NCBI RefSeq assembly: GCF_009914755.1
Contig: NC_060932.1
Strand: one strand, 5' to 3'
DNA length: 64,000 nt
From: the human T2T-CHM13v2.0 reference genome, Homo sapiens
The position numbers were made by a program, and so were the translations under genes. Shown here one piece after another: positions 46,350 through 64,000 of the stretch (the stretch's first letter is position 1; every line of letters starts with the position of its first letter). The notes under the pieces are model-generated. The model was not told the origin of the DNA. It saw nothing but the letters and a program-made list of their open reading frames with translations, and ran no database searches.

Positions 46350-48304
46350 TAACCACCCCCCTCATAGTGTTTCTAAAGTCAAATACTTTTCTCAACATAA
46401 TTGACCTGGCTGATCTTTTGTCAATGTAGAGGCCTCCAGTTGGAAGTGCCATTCTCTAAGCCTTATCCTATATTTCATTCAGCCCATGTACCTGAAAGCC
46501 ATGGGGTGGTAAAACAATTCAATGAAGTGCAGGAAGAAAATGTTAGCACTTCTTTTTATGTTTATTTTTACCTGATAAAAAGAAATAAATTAAGATTTAT
46601 AAACATTTAATATTTAGCTTGATGTGATTTCTTTACTCCTTCCATGTGCCAGGCTGATACAGATCTAGGTATCCTCACTAACTTCTTCAACTTCAGTACA
46701 TTATGATATATTGCAGTTTACATTTGTCAAGTTGGTGAAATGATTGCACAAAGTTCAATAACAATTTAGTGGCAAAAATGGGACCATAATCAATGCCTCA
46801 GATGACTATAACCAAATACACTGTGTTGAGTCTTTCCAGTCTGGGGATCCACTACCACTTTCTTCCAGTTCTTTCAAGGGTTGTATCTCTTTTTCCCTTA
46901 GGAAGCTGTCATACCTTTGTTCTTCCCAGTAAACAGCCTCACCTTCCAGTCTTTCACTAGTTAAGAAAGACTTTCCCTAAATATAGCAGTCCCTCTGGGA
47001 TCTGGCCTTCCACCTCTCTGACCAGCTTGGATAAAGCTCCCTGTAAAGTCCTCTCCTTTCTTTTCTTAAGAAAGTAGCTATTACCTCTCGTTTTTGCTTT
47101 TAGTTCAGACAGAACTGAGTTGGCCTCCTAGCTTCACTATGTGTTCTTGGTCAAGTTATTTAACCTCACAAAGCCTCCGCTTTCTTATCTAAAAACTAAC
47201 AATTTTGAAAGATGGTTGAGGGGTTATGTAAAGTATCTAGCACTTTACATACTACAACAACAACAACAACAAAATAAGTATCACAACAAGGCAAGACTTA
47301 TCTGCTATGGTATTCTGATGTTCCTTTTATTTAATCTTGGACATTTACCTTGTTCCCAGAATAATTATTAGAGAGAGAGAGAGACAGGTTTTAATTGAAC
47401 CCAAATAACACAAAAATACTTTCAAATATCCAGCTTTTACATGGTTGGCCATTAAAACATAATAAAGAGCTCAGAATGAATCTTTTTATTGCTCATTAGA
47501 TTGTAAAAGCATTCACATACAATATTAAACTTTTTGCTTCTAGTTCCCACCTGCTCAGCTTGCATCTTATTTCCTTGACAACAAGTTTAAAAGAAAGACA
47601 GCAATGAGAAATGGAATGTCTGGGGCAGATTTTTGGACACAGGAGATAAACTCCAAGTGTCTAAATTTGCACATATATCAGCCTGTGGTCTCGTTCTGAT
47701 CTTCATAGTAAAAGTACATTCCTTTGTTTTATCCTCACTCAATCTCTTCTTCCATTTCCCCACTGAGGACTGATCAGACTCTACTTCAGCCATAGCCTCG
47801 ATAGCGAAATGAATTCCATCGTCCTTTTCAGTGAGGTGTCATTTGTCAACTGAAATAAGGGCCTCAATTGTAAGGGGGAAGCCCTTAATATCGATAGACA
47901 ACCTCCGGCTATCAACGCCTCACTCTTACCCTGCACCGGACACCCCCGCCCGGCTAGCTAGGTGTCAGAGGTAACATTCCTCTCGGAGGATTCAATACCC
48001 TCCGTGGTGACCCCTTGACTCTGTTTGATGACTTTCATTACTTATCTCTGGATTTTGAGGAAGGTGAGATTCTTAAGCTTAGTGGGGGTGATGGAGGGAG
48101 CAACCAATTGGATGCTGCTCAGCGCTAAAAAAGAAATGGATTGAGGATCACCTTATTTGTTTTAATGCCTGCTACTCCACAACATACTGTACCCTCTGGT
48201 TGGGTTTGCTGACTTTCTGGACCTCATTCACACTTACTTTTAAGTGATTTTTACTTGTTAAAATAACAGTTGTAAAGCAAATGCTCAAGTTCACACACAG
48301 GCAG

Positions 48305-48327
48305 ACACACACACACACACACACACT
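48305..48327. repeat. (AC)n microsatellite
   Basis: Direct reading. Confidence 0.85.
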
Positions 48328-48334
48328 ATGAAAT

Positions 48335-48690
48335 GATAGAACATTGTTAGTATCTTAGAAACTCATTCTTTGCCCTTCTCTTCCCTTCTCTTCCCCAGAT
48401 GTAACCACTGTCCTAACTTTTGTGATAATCATTGTTAATAGTTTTATCATTTACATATGTTATTCCTTAACAATGTAGTTTAATTTTGCCTTAGAATTTT
48501 ATAGAAATGGAATATCAGTTTTCTCTTGTGATTTGTGCATTTCACTCCATATTCTGTTTATGAGATTTTTCACATTGATATGTAGGTACAATTAGTTAAT
48601 TTTCTCTGCTATATAGTGATACATTATATTACTTTACAATCTTGCAATTTTTTGTGTCTATCTTACTGCCGGTGAATACGTTTTTCTCCA
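48335..48690 (-). mobile_element. Ancient L1 3' fragment (L1ME-type)
   Basis: ccccagatgtaaccactgtcctaactttt...tttatagaaatggaatatc...tttatgagatt. Confidence 0.55.
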
Positions 48691-49009
48691 TATGCACTTT
48701 GCTCCACTTGTCCCAGTCTAGGAAACTTTCCCTTATTTCCCCCAAGTATTCAGTTCTCCCAAAGTATTGACTATTGTTCTTCCTGATTATTCCTGACTAG
48801 TTCACAGTCCATTTTCTGAATTACTAATGCATACATTGATTAATCAGTCAAATACTTTGAGTATTTAGTACTACAAATTTAGACTCAATACTACATAGTT
48901 TAATATTCAGTATAGCTCACAAATCTTTTCTTTTACCAACACTGTCAGTATAATAGTGCTCAATTAGTACTTGTTAATCTTTGGTTGAGAATAATAACAA
49001 TAACAACAA

Positions 49010-49570
49010 TGATAATAATAATAGTAGCAGTAATAGCTAACACTTATTGAGTACTTAGCTACATGCCAGGCACTATCTAGAGCTTTAGAAGTATTAATTT
49101 ATTTAATCCTCACAAAGATATTATGAAATAGGTACTACTACACTTATTCTCAGTTTACAGATAAGAAAACTAAGGCCAGAGAAATTATATAATATGCTCA
49201 AAGTTATACAGCTAGTAAATGCTAAAATGGAAGGGATGATAGAAACTTAAATATGGTCAACTTCATTATTCCACAGTGATTTAGAAAGGTATAATTATAA
49301 ATAATAACAGCCAATACTAACAAGTATTTCTTGTTCTGTATTCTCACTAGGCCAAATACTGAATTCAGTCTATTATGTGATCTTCTTAATTCTCACCACA
49401 ATTTATTATGATGGGTGTTATTTTTCCAATTTAAAAGTGAGGAAAATGAGGATCATTGAGGTTGAGAAATTTTCCTAAATAGCTGGTAAGTGACATGCTG
49501 GGATTTGAACCTAAATACTGTATCTCTGATCCTAACATCTGTGCCCTGCTGTAATACCATGCTGCCTCTC
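49010..49570 (-). mobile_element. Two MIR fragments
   Basis: gctaacacttattgagtactt...cagtttacagataagaaaactaaggc, and gtgaggaaaatgagg...gctgggatttgaacc. Confidence 0.7.
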
Positions 49571-50349
49571 TGTAGATTTCACCAGCCCTGTGATGTTGGC
49601 ACTTTTCCTTGTTAAATCCTAATTTCTTTTCTTTTCTTTATTACTTTTCATTACAGGATGTGATGGGAAATGAAAGTTAAGAAGTCCGATTTTCCAACTT
49701 GCAATGATGTTCAGAAAAGAAAGGTCATCGCTGGTTGAAGTGACGGTACTGGATGAGCCATGGGAATTTTGTATCCATACTATTCTGCTCTCTGTGTCAC
49801 CATAAGTGACTGGATGTAGTACAGGAAGAAAAATAGAATGTGGCTAACAGCCCTGTTGAGAAAAACTCACTGGCAAATATCAAGACATTCTCTTCTCCCA
49901 TCAGTCCTTCAGATGACTCACTTCTTCCTTGTTTCCTGAGAATAGAAGTTACCAATTAGATCTCTGTTCTCTCTGCTACATCCATTGCTGTAAGTAGTGA
50001 AAGTGAAACAATACTTTTAGAACCATTGTGTAGTAAGTACAATTACAATCACAAATCAATATTATTTTATAGTTTATAATTAATTAATAATTAAAATCTT
50101 ATACTTTTAGTAAGAATTATCAAATGCAGCTAAATCTTAGCCCCCAAAATGGCACTTGGTTTTTGTTTTGTTGCTTATATTACGCAAAATAATTTGTAAA
50201 CTGAGAGAATAGAAGTGCCATTTGACAAGCTCCTTTATGAATCATCTGTGGAGAAGTTTAAAAGTTAATATGAAAAAAAAAGTCTACACAAAAATGAACA
50301 GAGGATGGTACAAGTTTAAAAATCCAGAGATGTAGATGGATTTTTTTTC

Positions 50350-51314
50350 TATTTAATTTCTAAACAGTAAAAATTACTCTTTTTGGTGGACAGTTCTATG
50401 GGTTTTGACAAAAGCATGGGGTTGTTTCACCACCAGCATGAACAATATACGAAATGGTTTCATCAACCCCACCCTCACCCCAAATCCCTTGAGTTACACT
50501 TCTGGGCTCCTGGCTGCCACTGGTCTGTTCTCATTTCCTATAATTTCGCTTCTCCAGAATATCATATAGATGGAATTGCATGAAATACCATGTTTTGAAT
50601 CTGGCTTAATCTCAACATGATGAATTTGAGATTAATTCATGTTGATGTGTGTATCAGTAGTTAATCTTTATTGATGAGAAAAATTGGTATATGCTACATT
50701 GTATGGGATGTACCATAGCTTGTTTATCCATTCTCCAGGTGAGGGACATTTGCATTACTTGCAGTTTTTGGTGAGTAGGAATAAAGTTGCTAAGATATTC
50801 ACATACAGCTTTTTATGTAAACATAGGTGTTTATGTCACTTAGTTAAATGACTGAGTGGGATGATGGATTTTAATGTATAAATGTATGTATGTTTATTTT
50901 ATAAATAACTGCTAATCTGTTTTCCCAGGATACTAGTTTGCATTCTCACTAGCCATCTGTAAGAGGTCCAGTTGCTCCACACCTTCCTGTGCACATGGAA
51001 TGGCCAGTCTTTGATTTCAGCCATTCTGATCTATGAGTGGTGATGCCATATTGCAGTTCTAATTTTCATAGCCCTAATGATCAATGGTGTTGAACATATT
51101 TTCATGTGTTTATTTGTCATCTGTATACCTTCTTTGATGAACCATTTGTTCAAATCTTTTGCCCATTTTAAAATTAGATTCTTCATTTTCTCATTTTTGA
51201 GTTTTAAGAGTTCATATATATTCTAGATCCAACGTCTTTGTCAGATATGAGATTTTCAAGCAATTTCTCCATGTCTATGGCTTGTGTTTTCATTTTCTTA
51301 ACAGTGTCATTTAC
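50350..51314 (-). mobile_element. Old L1 (L1MC/MB-type) 3' part, interrupted by the young L1
   Basis: tttatccattctccaggtgagggacattt...gttgctccacacc...ttttcatgtgtttatttgtcatctgtataccttctttgatga. Continues after 56928. Confidence 0.75.
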
Positions 51315-51799
51315 CTCTGGGGGCAGGGCACACACAAATGAAAAGACAGCAGTAACCTCTGCAGACTTAAATGTCCCTGTCTGACAGCTTTGAAGAGAGC
51401 AGTGGTTCTCCCAGCACGCAGCTGGAGATCTGAGAACGGGCAGACTGCCTCCTCAAGTGGGTCCCTGACCCCTGACACCCGAGCAGCCTAACTGGGAGGC
51501 ACCCCCCAGTAGGGGCAGACTGACACCTCACACGGCCAGGTACTCCTCTGAGACAAAACTTCTAGAGGAACGATCAGACAGCAGCATTCGCGGTTCATGA
51601 AAATCCGCTGTTCTGCAGTCACCGCTGCTGATACCCAGGAAAACAGGGTCTGGAGTGGACCTCTAGCAAACTCCAACAGACCTGCAGCTGAGGGTCCTCT
51701 CTGTTAGAAGGAAAACTAACAAACAGAAAGGACATCCACACCAAAAACCCATCTGTACATCACCATCATAAAAGACCAAAAGTAGATAAAACCACAAAG

Positions 51800-52815
51800 A
51801 TGGGGAAAAAACAGAGCAGAAAAACTGGAAACTCTAAAAAGCAGAGCGCCTCTCCTCCTCCAAAGGAACGCAGTTCCTCACCAGCAATGGAACAAAGCTG
51901 GACAGAGAATGACTTTGACGAGATGAGAGAAGAAGTCTTCAGATGATCAAACTACTCCAAGCTACAGGAGGAAATTCAAACCAAAGGCAAAGAAGTTAAA
52001 AACTTTGAAAAAAATTTAGACAAATGTATAACTAGAATAACCAATACAGAGAAGTGCTTAAAGGAGCTGATGGAGCTGAAAGCCAAGGCTTGAGAACTAT
52101 GTGAAGAATGCAGAAGCCTCAGGAGCCGACGTGATCAACTGGAAGAAAGGGTATCAGTGATGGAAGATGAAATGAATGAAATGAAGCGAGAAGAGGAGTT
52201 TAGAGAAAAAAGAATAAAAAGAAATGAACAAAGCCTCCAAGAAATATGGGACTATGTGAAAAGACCAAATCTACGTCTGATTGGTGTACCTGAAAGTGAT
52301 GGGGAGAATGGAACCAAGTTGGAAAACACTCTGCAGGATATTATCCAGGAGAACTTCCCCCATCCAGCAAGGCAGGCCAACATTCAGATTCAGGAAATAC
52401 AGAGAACGCCACAAAGATACTCCTCGAGAAGAGCAACACCAAGACACATAATTGTCAGATTCACCAAAGTTGAAATGAAGGAAAAAATGTTAAGGGCAAC
52501 CAGAGAGAAAGGTCGGGTTACCCACAAAGGGAAGCCCATCAGACTAAGAGCAGATCTCTCAGCAGAAACTCTACAAGACAGAAGAGAGTGGGGGCCATAT
52601 TCAACATTCTTAAAGAAAAGAATTTTCAACCCAGAATTTCATATCCAGGCAAACTAAGCTTCATAAGTGAAGGAGAAATAAAATCCTTTACAGACAAGCA
52701 AATGCTGAGAGATTTTGTCACCACCAGGCCTGCCCTAAAAGAGCTCCTGAAGGAAGCACTAAACATGGAAAGGAACAACCGGTACCAGCCACTGCAAAAT
52801 CATGCCAAAATGTAA
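51800..52815 (+). pseudogene. L1 ORF1p remnant
   Basis: ATGGGGAAAAAACAGAGC start, ends QPLQNHAKM*. Internal stops and a frameshift split it (ORFs 52157-52657 and 52588-52815). Confidence 0.9.
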
Positions 52816-52878
52816 AGACCATCGAGACTAGGAAGAAACCGCATCAACTAACAAGCAAAATAACCAGCTAACATCATA

Positions 52879-56709
<3,831 letters not shown>

Positions 56710-56927
56710 ACAATGAGCACACATGGACACAGGAAGGGGAACATCACACTCTGGGGACTGTTGTGGGGTGGGGGGATGGGGGAGGGATAGCATTAGGAGA
56801 TATACCTAAAGCTAAATGACAAGTTAATGGGTGCAGCACACCAGGATGGCACATGTATCCATATGTAACTAACCTGCACATTGTGCACATGTACCCTAAA
56901 ACTTAAAGAATAATAATAATAAAAAAA

Positions 56928-59130
56928 AGTGTCATTTACACTATAATAATATTTAATATTGGTGAAGTTCAGTTTGTCAGTTTTCTTTATGAACTGATAT
57001 TTTTTGTATTGTATCTGGAATTTTTGCCCTAATTTAAAATTAGGTCACAACAATTTTCTGCTATGTTTTCTCCCAAAATGTTAATAACTTTACCTTTTAC
57101 ATTTATGTCTATGGTACAATTTAAGGTAAAATTGATATCAAGCATCAGATATAGGTCAAGGTGAATTATTTTTGCATATAGATGTTCAAGTGTTAGAACA
57201 GACTTGCTGAAAAGATTATTTTTCAGACCTCATCCAGCTCAAGGAAAAAAAAGATTATTTTTTCACCTTCACATCTTTGGCAAAAATCATTTTACCATAT
57301 ATGCATGGGTCTATTTTTAGACTCTCTTCATTTCCACTTATATATTTACACATTCTTTCCCAAATACCACACTGTCTTGATTACTGCAGCTTTAAAGTAA
57401 GCTCTGAAATCAGGTAGTGTTAGTCCTCCAAAGTTCTTTTTAAAAATTGTCTATTCTAGATCCTTTGCCTTTCCATTTACATTTTATTTATTTTATTTTA
57501 TTTCATTTTATTTTTTTGAGATGGAGTCTCCCTCTGTCGCCCAGGCTGGAGTGCAAATGGTGCAATCTTGGCTCACTGCAAGCTCCACTTCCTGAGTTCA
57601 TGACATTCTCCTGCCTCTGCCTCCTGAGTAGCTGGGACTACAGGCGCCCGCCACCACGCCCGGTTAATTTTTTGTATTTTTAGTAGAGACGGGGTTTTAC
57701 CGTGTTAGCCAGGATGGTCTCGATCTCCTGACCTCATGACCCGCTCGCCTCAGCCTCCCAAAGTGCTGGGATTACAGGCATGAGCCACCATGCCCAGCTC
57801 CATATACATTTTAAAATCAGTTTGTCAAGATCTGCAAAATATCCTGATAGAATTTACACTGAAATTGCACTGAATCTATAAATCAATTTGGAAAGCATCA
57901 ACATCTTAATAATATTAAATTTGTTAATCCATAAACACAGTATATATCTTTATTTAGGCCTTCTTTGAATTCTTTCACAAATAATTCATGATTTTCAGCA
58001 TCCAGATGCTGCATATATTTTGCTAGACGTATACCTAAGCATTTTTGGTTTTGTTTTCAGTGTTATTGTAAATAATACATTTAAATTTTTTTAATTTCCA
58101 ATTTTTCATTGCTAGTATATAGAAGTAAAAGGGATTTTTATGTGTTGACCTTGTATCTTGCAACCTTGATAAACTCATTTAAATAAATAGATTTCTTCCT
58201 TTCCAGCCTGTATACATTTTATTTCTTTTTCTTGTCTTATTGCATTGACAAAGACTTCCAGAAAAATCTTGAATAAGGTTTATGACAGCAGACATTGTTA
58301 TTTGTTCCCAGCCTTAGAGGAAAAGCATTCAGTTGTTTGCCATTATTATGTTAGCTGTAGTTTTAGTATAAGCCATTTGTCAAGTTAAGGAAGTTTCCTT
58401 CTATTCCTAGTTCGTTGTGAATTTTTATCATGAATGGTTATTGAATGTTGCAAGTGCTCTCTGTATAACTACCAAGAAGATCATATGGTTTTCCTTTTTT
58501 ACTCTGTGAATTATATTGATTGATTATTGCATGTTGAACTGGCCTTACATTCCTGGAATAAACCCTACTTGGTCATATATTATCTTTCTGTATGTTGCTG
58601 GATTTGTTAATATACTGTTGAGGATTTTTGAGATAAGGTTCATAAGAAATACTGGTCTGTTGTGTTCCCTTGTAATGTTTTTGTCTGGCTTTGGAATCAA
58701 AGTAATGCTGACCTCATAAAAAGAGTTTGGAAAGTGCATCTTTCTCTTTTATTTTCTGGGCCAGTGTGTATAAAATTTATGTTACTTCTTCCTTAAATGT
58801 TTTGTAATTTGTCAATAGAACCATAGTTTTCTTTTTTGGAAGGCCTTTGACTATAGATTCAATTTCTTTAGCAGATATAGGGCAATTCATGTTGTCTATT
58901 TTTTTTCTGAATGAGTTTTGGTAATTTGCGTCTCTCAAGGAAACTGTCAATTTAAGTTGCAGAATTTATAAGTGTAGAGATGTTTACAGTATTACTATTC
59001 TTTTAATTTATTTAAGGCCTGTAGAAATATTCCCCTTTAATTCCTGGTATTAGCAATTTGGGTTTTCTTTCTCTTTTTTTTTCTTAGTCTCGCTAAAGAT
59101 TTATCAATCAGAATGATGTTTTCAAACAAT
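56928..59130 (-). mobile_element. Continuation of the old L1 (ORF2 region)
   Basis: caaataccacactgtcttgattactgcagcttt. Minus-strand ORF 58545-58739 [18 protein letters not shown]...DQVGFIPGM is L1 RT-like. Confidence 0.8.
57487..57798 (-). mobile_element. AluY
   Basis: gcaagctcc and gttagccaggatggtctcgatctcctgacctc diagnostics. TSD tccat(t/a)tacatttta at 57472-57486 and ~57799-57813. Confidence 0.92.
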
Positions 59131-59343
59131 GCATTTTAAACAAGAATCCCCAAAAATTCTTATATTGATAGTTCCAAGTGGATTTTTAGGAGACCCCAAC
59201 TTGTAACATACAAGGCACTCACCATCATTAGGAGGCAGCAAATCCAAAATAAGATTAGGTTTGAATAAGGCTCTTATAATTTGCCTAACTCAAACTGGTT
59301 TCATCACCTATGATATCATTTTAATATGTTAACTTAAAAATCA

Positions 59344-59637
59344 GGCTGGGTGCAGTGGCTCACACCTGTAATCCCAGCACTTTGGGAGGCTGAGGTGGGC
59401 GGATTACTTGAGGTCAAGATTTGGAGACCAGCCAGGCCAACAGGGTGAAACCCTGTTTCTACTATAAATACAAAAATTAGCTGGGCATGGTGGCGGGTTA
59501 CCAGCTACTCAGGAGGCTGAGCCAGGAGAATCACTTGAACCCAGGAAGCAGAGGTTACAGTGAGCTGACATCGTGCCACTGCACTCCAGCCTGAGCAACA
59601 GAGCGAGACTCTATCTCAAAAAAATACAATAAAAAAA
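59344..59637 (+). mobile_element. AluS (Sz/Sx-like)
   Basis: Both arms, a small deletion in the right arm, and an A tail. Confidence 0.9.
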
Positions 59638-62149
59638 GTCATTTGAGCATTAGAAAACAGTTTGGCTGTTTGGGAAGCTCAGCAGCCTCTTCAAATGAGT
59701 AAATGGTGGGTTTTCATCTTCTCCAAATATACCTTTCTAAATCTTTGTTTACATTTCAAATAGTTGCAAACATTTTTCAGAGTAATATATTGTAAATATC
59801 TTAATTATTAATTTTCCTTAATCAAAAGAAGTTACTATGATTAATGTGATCCTGAATTCAAAATAAAATTATGACCCAGACACAACAACTTCACTCAAAG
59901 GCAAAATAATATTTAAAAAATAAATAAATAAAATTATGGAAATTTCAGGAGATGGTATCAAATGTTTTCTAGATGTCCTTTAAAATTAGTGATTGATTCA
60001 CACACTCACATTGACTTGAGAAAAATAAAATAGGGTTCAAAAATGATTCAAGGCATCTAAGCTATTAAAATTAAATTGTCTATGGACCCTAGTATGATAA
60101 ATGCCAAGAGAAATGAGTTGGAAAATGCCCAATGCCCATCCCTTTCTGGATATTCCAAATTTATAACTAAGTTATTTCTGTAAGTCTAGGACCAATTTCT
60201 GCAGTTTCCATAATGTTTAAAGCAATGCTACTACTGTATGGGATTCAAAAAAGATTGATCTGTATTTTAATCTTTTTGGATACTTTTTGGATACTTATAG
60301 TATCCAATTCCGATGTGGTAGAACAAAAGAAGTCCTAAGAAATATTTATTAAACTTCCACTTTTTATTTTAATGAAGATTTTTTTCCACAAATAAAAATT
60401 TACCTTGAGGTCCTCTAAAATTAGATTAATTTTTCAATCATCTTATTACCATTTAAATATCCTCAAAATACCTGTATACTGGCTGTCAAAACCCCTTCTC
60501 TGATACACTGCCTAAAGTTAGGGCAATTACATATTCCAGCTTAGATGGTAACTTAGAATGCCACTCTGTTTAAAATGAGTTTCAACCAAAGCGATCAATA
60601 TAAAATCAAACATTCATTAGAACAAGTACTAACTAAGCAAAACTAAATGCATAGCAGTTGAGAGATAAAAAGAATTAATGCCTTCTGCTTTTAAGAAAAT
60701 AACACTACCACAAGCTAACGTATATAAATACTGTAAACTAACAAGATGAAACTTTTTTAAGTTGCATTACTTACAAAAAGTATAACTGAAAGAAGAAAGT
60801 TTCTTACAAGCTAGTCTCTTAGAGGTATAAGAACCAAAAGCATGCCTCTTTTGGCCCTTACTCTATGCTTGGTACCTACCACAGTGCTTAGAATATAGTG
60901 GGTACTACATAAATATTTGCCTGCTGGCTGTAAGCCTAGTGGTTAAGTACATGGGCTTGGAAGTCAGACAGATGTGGGTCAAAATCCTGCTTCATCCAGG
61001 TAGATATGTACTAAGACTTTCATTAAAGGCAATTTATCCAGTTTATTCTAAGTCATAAGAAATGAATTCAAAAGACTTCTATTTCTGAAAATCAAATCTA
61101 TTCTAAAAATTTAAGATTACCACCAATGAAAATAGCTACAGGTTATGTTTTAGGCTTTGAAGGCAATTCATAAAGGAGATTTTCAGTATTTGGAGCATGT
61201 TATATAAACAATTATCTGTGCAGAAAGAACACTTCAAGGAGGATGTACTTTGGGATACATAAACTCTAGTATATTTGTTTAAATTCAGTTTCAGTCACTG
61301 ATGGCAGAAGACTAAATTTAATAAAAAGAGGAATTATAAATCAAAAGCCTTATTATAAATGTTTTTGTAGGTTGACTCATTAATTCCACTTCTGAGAATC
61401 TATTCTAAATCAAAATCCAAAGAAATTAATTGAATTTCTTGAAATAATTACAACAGGAATAACCTAATGTCTAACAATAGAAAAATTATAGTAAAATTAT
61501 AGTACATCAATGTCATTCACTATAATTATGAGAAGTCTTTACAAGGAAAATTGTTTTGTTACATTGCAAAACTGGAAGCATTGAATACAAATTATATAGT
61601 AGTCATTCAACTATATAAAAACCTATGTAAAAAAAATAACAAAAAATAAAAAAAGTTTTAAAACACGAACCTATGTAGAAATAGCACATAAACTTTCTCG
61701 ACCTTTTAAAAATCAGATTTTCCGATTAGATAAAAATAAAAGACTAATTCTTCAGGTATGAGGTGCAAATAAAAAATAACATACTAGTTTAAAGTTAACA
61801 GATGGTTTGAAACATATTAGGCAAACAAAATAAATGTCAAGACATTAATAAAAAAGAGAATTCAAGGAAGAAAGCACTAAATGGGGAAAAGAGATACACA
61901 CACACACGTATGTGTGAGTAGGGGGCATAATACATTATAAAAAGCAGTAACAATTATAAAGGTCTGTGTATCAAATTACACAGCACCAAAATATAGAAAG
62001 CAAAGATTATTAAAATATATGAGGAGTACATAGGAATAAATTTTATATAGAAAATTTTGACATGCCACTATAAATTCTATGTCATATCAAATAGAAAAAG
62101 CAAATAACATAGAAATGTGAATAATTAATTAATAATTAAATTTCCTCTA

Positions 62150-62505
62150 CGATCTCACTTATATGTGTATCTAAAAGAGTCAAATTCATAAAAGAGAGCA
62201 GAATGGTGATTACCAGGGGCTGGGGATGTGGGGGATATGAAATAGTATTGGTCAAAGTATACAAAGTTTCAGTTAGACATGATAAGTTATAGGATCTGTA
62301 GTACATAATGATGATAGATAAATGTTCTCAACACAAATTTAAAAACTATATTGGGTGATAGATATGTTAATTAGCTTGATTGTGGTAATCATTTCACAAT
62401 GTGTGTATATATACACAATATACAAACATGTGTGTATATATATATCTGTAAATGTATACTTTTTCATCAATTATGCCTCAAAGAAAAAACTCAAAAAAAA
62501 ATTAA
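62150..62505 (+). mobile_element. Old L1 3' end (L1MA-type)
   Basis: gatctcacttatatgtgtatctaaaa...gaatggtgattaccaggggctgggg...gttaattagcttgattgtggtaatcatttcacaatgt. Confidence 0.75.
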
Positions 62506-63289
62506 AGTATCTATCCACATCGTAAAGGCTTCATACCATTTTTTAAAGCATCCAAGCAAAACTGATATTCTGATCTCCAGCAGACCAAAAAGAAAATTTA
62601 AATGTACTCCACAAAAGTAAGATATATCAGGATAATTTCCAAATTAAAAGCAATGAATTTACAAATTAATAATAGAAATGTAAACAGAAAACCTCAACAG
62701 CTTCAAAATTAAGAGTGCTTCTCTTATTAGATCAAAGTTTATGGAATATAGTCAGTTATCCAAAGGGACAAATTCATAATCTTTATTATTTTTTAAAAGA
62801 TCAATAAAAGTAAATGAACTAATATTCAATTCAAGAAGCCATAAAAATAAGCTGTTTTCTTCACTATCAAACTATTAAATGTTTCTCAGGGCTAGACTCT
62901 CTTCTCAGTCTGTTGCTAGGCAATTTCATCCACTCATCCTTCCAGTTTCACTTACCATTTATTTGGCAAGTGAAATAATTTAAAAAAAAAAGCAAAAGCA
63001 AACAGACAACAAAAACAACAAAACAGAAGAATGGAAACCACCCTCCTAAAAAGAGAGAAAGCAAAAAACAGAAGAAAACTTAAACAAAAAAAAAAAACCC
63101 TACAAACAACTTTCTCAGAGGGAAAAGGATAAGAAAAGCTACTGCAGTTATGAGAGTATGCTATTAAAAATGATAAAGAAAAATATGAAAAAACACTTAA
63201 AATTTAAAGCAAAAATAAAAGATACAATGAAAATTTCAAATAAAAGGTCAAAAGGCAAAGTTGAGACTTTCAGTTTCTTCTCTGACATT

Positions 63290-64000
63290 GGAGGTCATCT
63301 CGCCTATCTTCACCAGAGAAGAGCTGAACAAACTGAAAATCAATGACTTTTCTTCGATCCCTCAAAGAATTGAAGTCATAGGACAAGCCACCATCCTAAA
63401 AAACTGGAGAGACAAGAAAATATATGGAATACAGATCAGTTTACCCAAAGCAGATGTCACTGGAGACAGGAACTGGTAGGAACAGTTAAACAGTAATTTT
63501 GATAAATGACTAAAGGCTTACTGTTGACAAGCTCGAGTGTTAAAAACTCCTGGGGGACAAGTCTATGGGGGCACCTCTACACTTCTGTAGGTTGTACTTC
63601 CAAGAGTCCCACCAGGTAAAGATCAGAGATAAAATCCACTTGTGTTCGTCCAGGTTTGTGGGGAAAGTAACCATTTGAAATAGGCTCAGAGCTTTCTCCA
63701 CCAAAAAGGCGTTTATCAAGCAAGGGAAAATACTTCATCAGAGATGAACCTAACTTGAGGAAAGGGAAATTACTCAACTCCAGCCCCTTCTAGCCTTCCT
63801 ATCTCACATAATGGGGAGAAAGGTTGAGAAGCATTTGTGAAAGTCACAGCCCAAGGACACAGGCCCACTAAAAAACTGAGACTTCATAAGATTATAGAAT
63901 GTTTGCACTCTCTGCACTTATTATCAAATCAACTTGACTCCTGTATAATGACACTAAATTACTGCCAAAAGAATTGCAAGACTCAGTCTTTACTTAAGAA
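63290..64000 (+). mobile_element. Probable old L1 5' region (L1MD/L1M4-type)
   Basis: Resembles old L1 5' sequence (ccagccccttctagccttcc...gtcacagcccaaggacacaggccc). From memory, unverified. Confidence 0.4.

Noticed and set aside
51488-51676. L1 ORF0
   Set aside because: ORF0 lies nearer the 5' end, in the part mostly truncated here. This ORF overlaps the 129-bp segment and has no support.

Overview
This is primate (very probably human) repeat-rich, gene-poor genomic DNA. I see no intact host gene, RNA gene or CRISPR array, and nearly all ORF-track entries are LINE-1 fragments, Alu or microsatellite readthrough, or antisense shadows. The one gene-derived feature is a disrupted, intronless Aurora kinase B retrocopy on the minus strand (~15.5-16.74 kb). 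From recall, an AURKB pseudogene is catalogued at human 8q23.1 near RSPO2/EIF3E; this needs confirming by alignment. Four large primate L1 insertions cover about a third of the window: (1) a full-length L1PA7-like copy whose whole 5'UTR+ORF1 is inverted; (2) an L1PA12/13-like copy holding a tail-less Alu; (3) an L1PA5-like twin-primed copy with a short 3' transduction; (4) an L1PA3-like copy that keeps the ~129-bp ZNF93-target segment. There are also two solo LTRs with intact TSDs, about ten Alus, MIR/L2/old L1 relics and several microsatellites. I found no new multi-gene system. The most unusual signals are structural: the L1 inverted exactly in the inter-ORF spacer with a TSD that copies the head of an Alu, a non-transposon ~130-bp rearranged inverted duplication at 28.1/29.0 kb, and CpG enrichment plus a signal-peptide-like in-frame leader on the AURKB retrocopy. 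Subfamily names come from remembered consensus sequences, and boundaries of old repeats are approximate.
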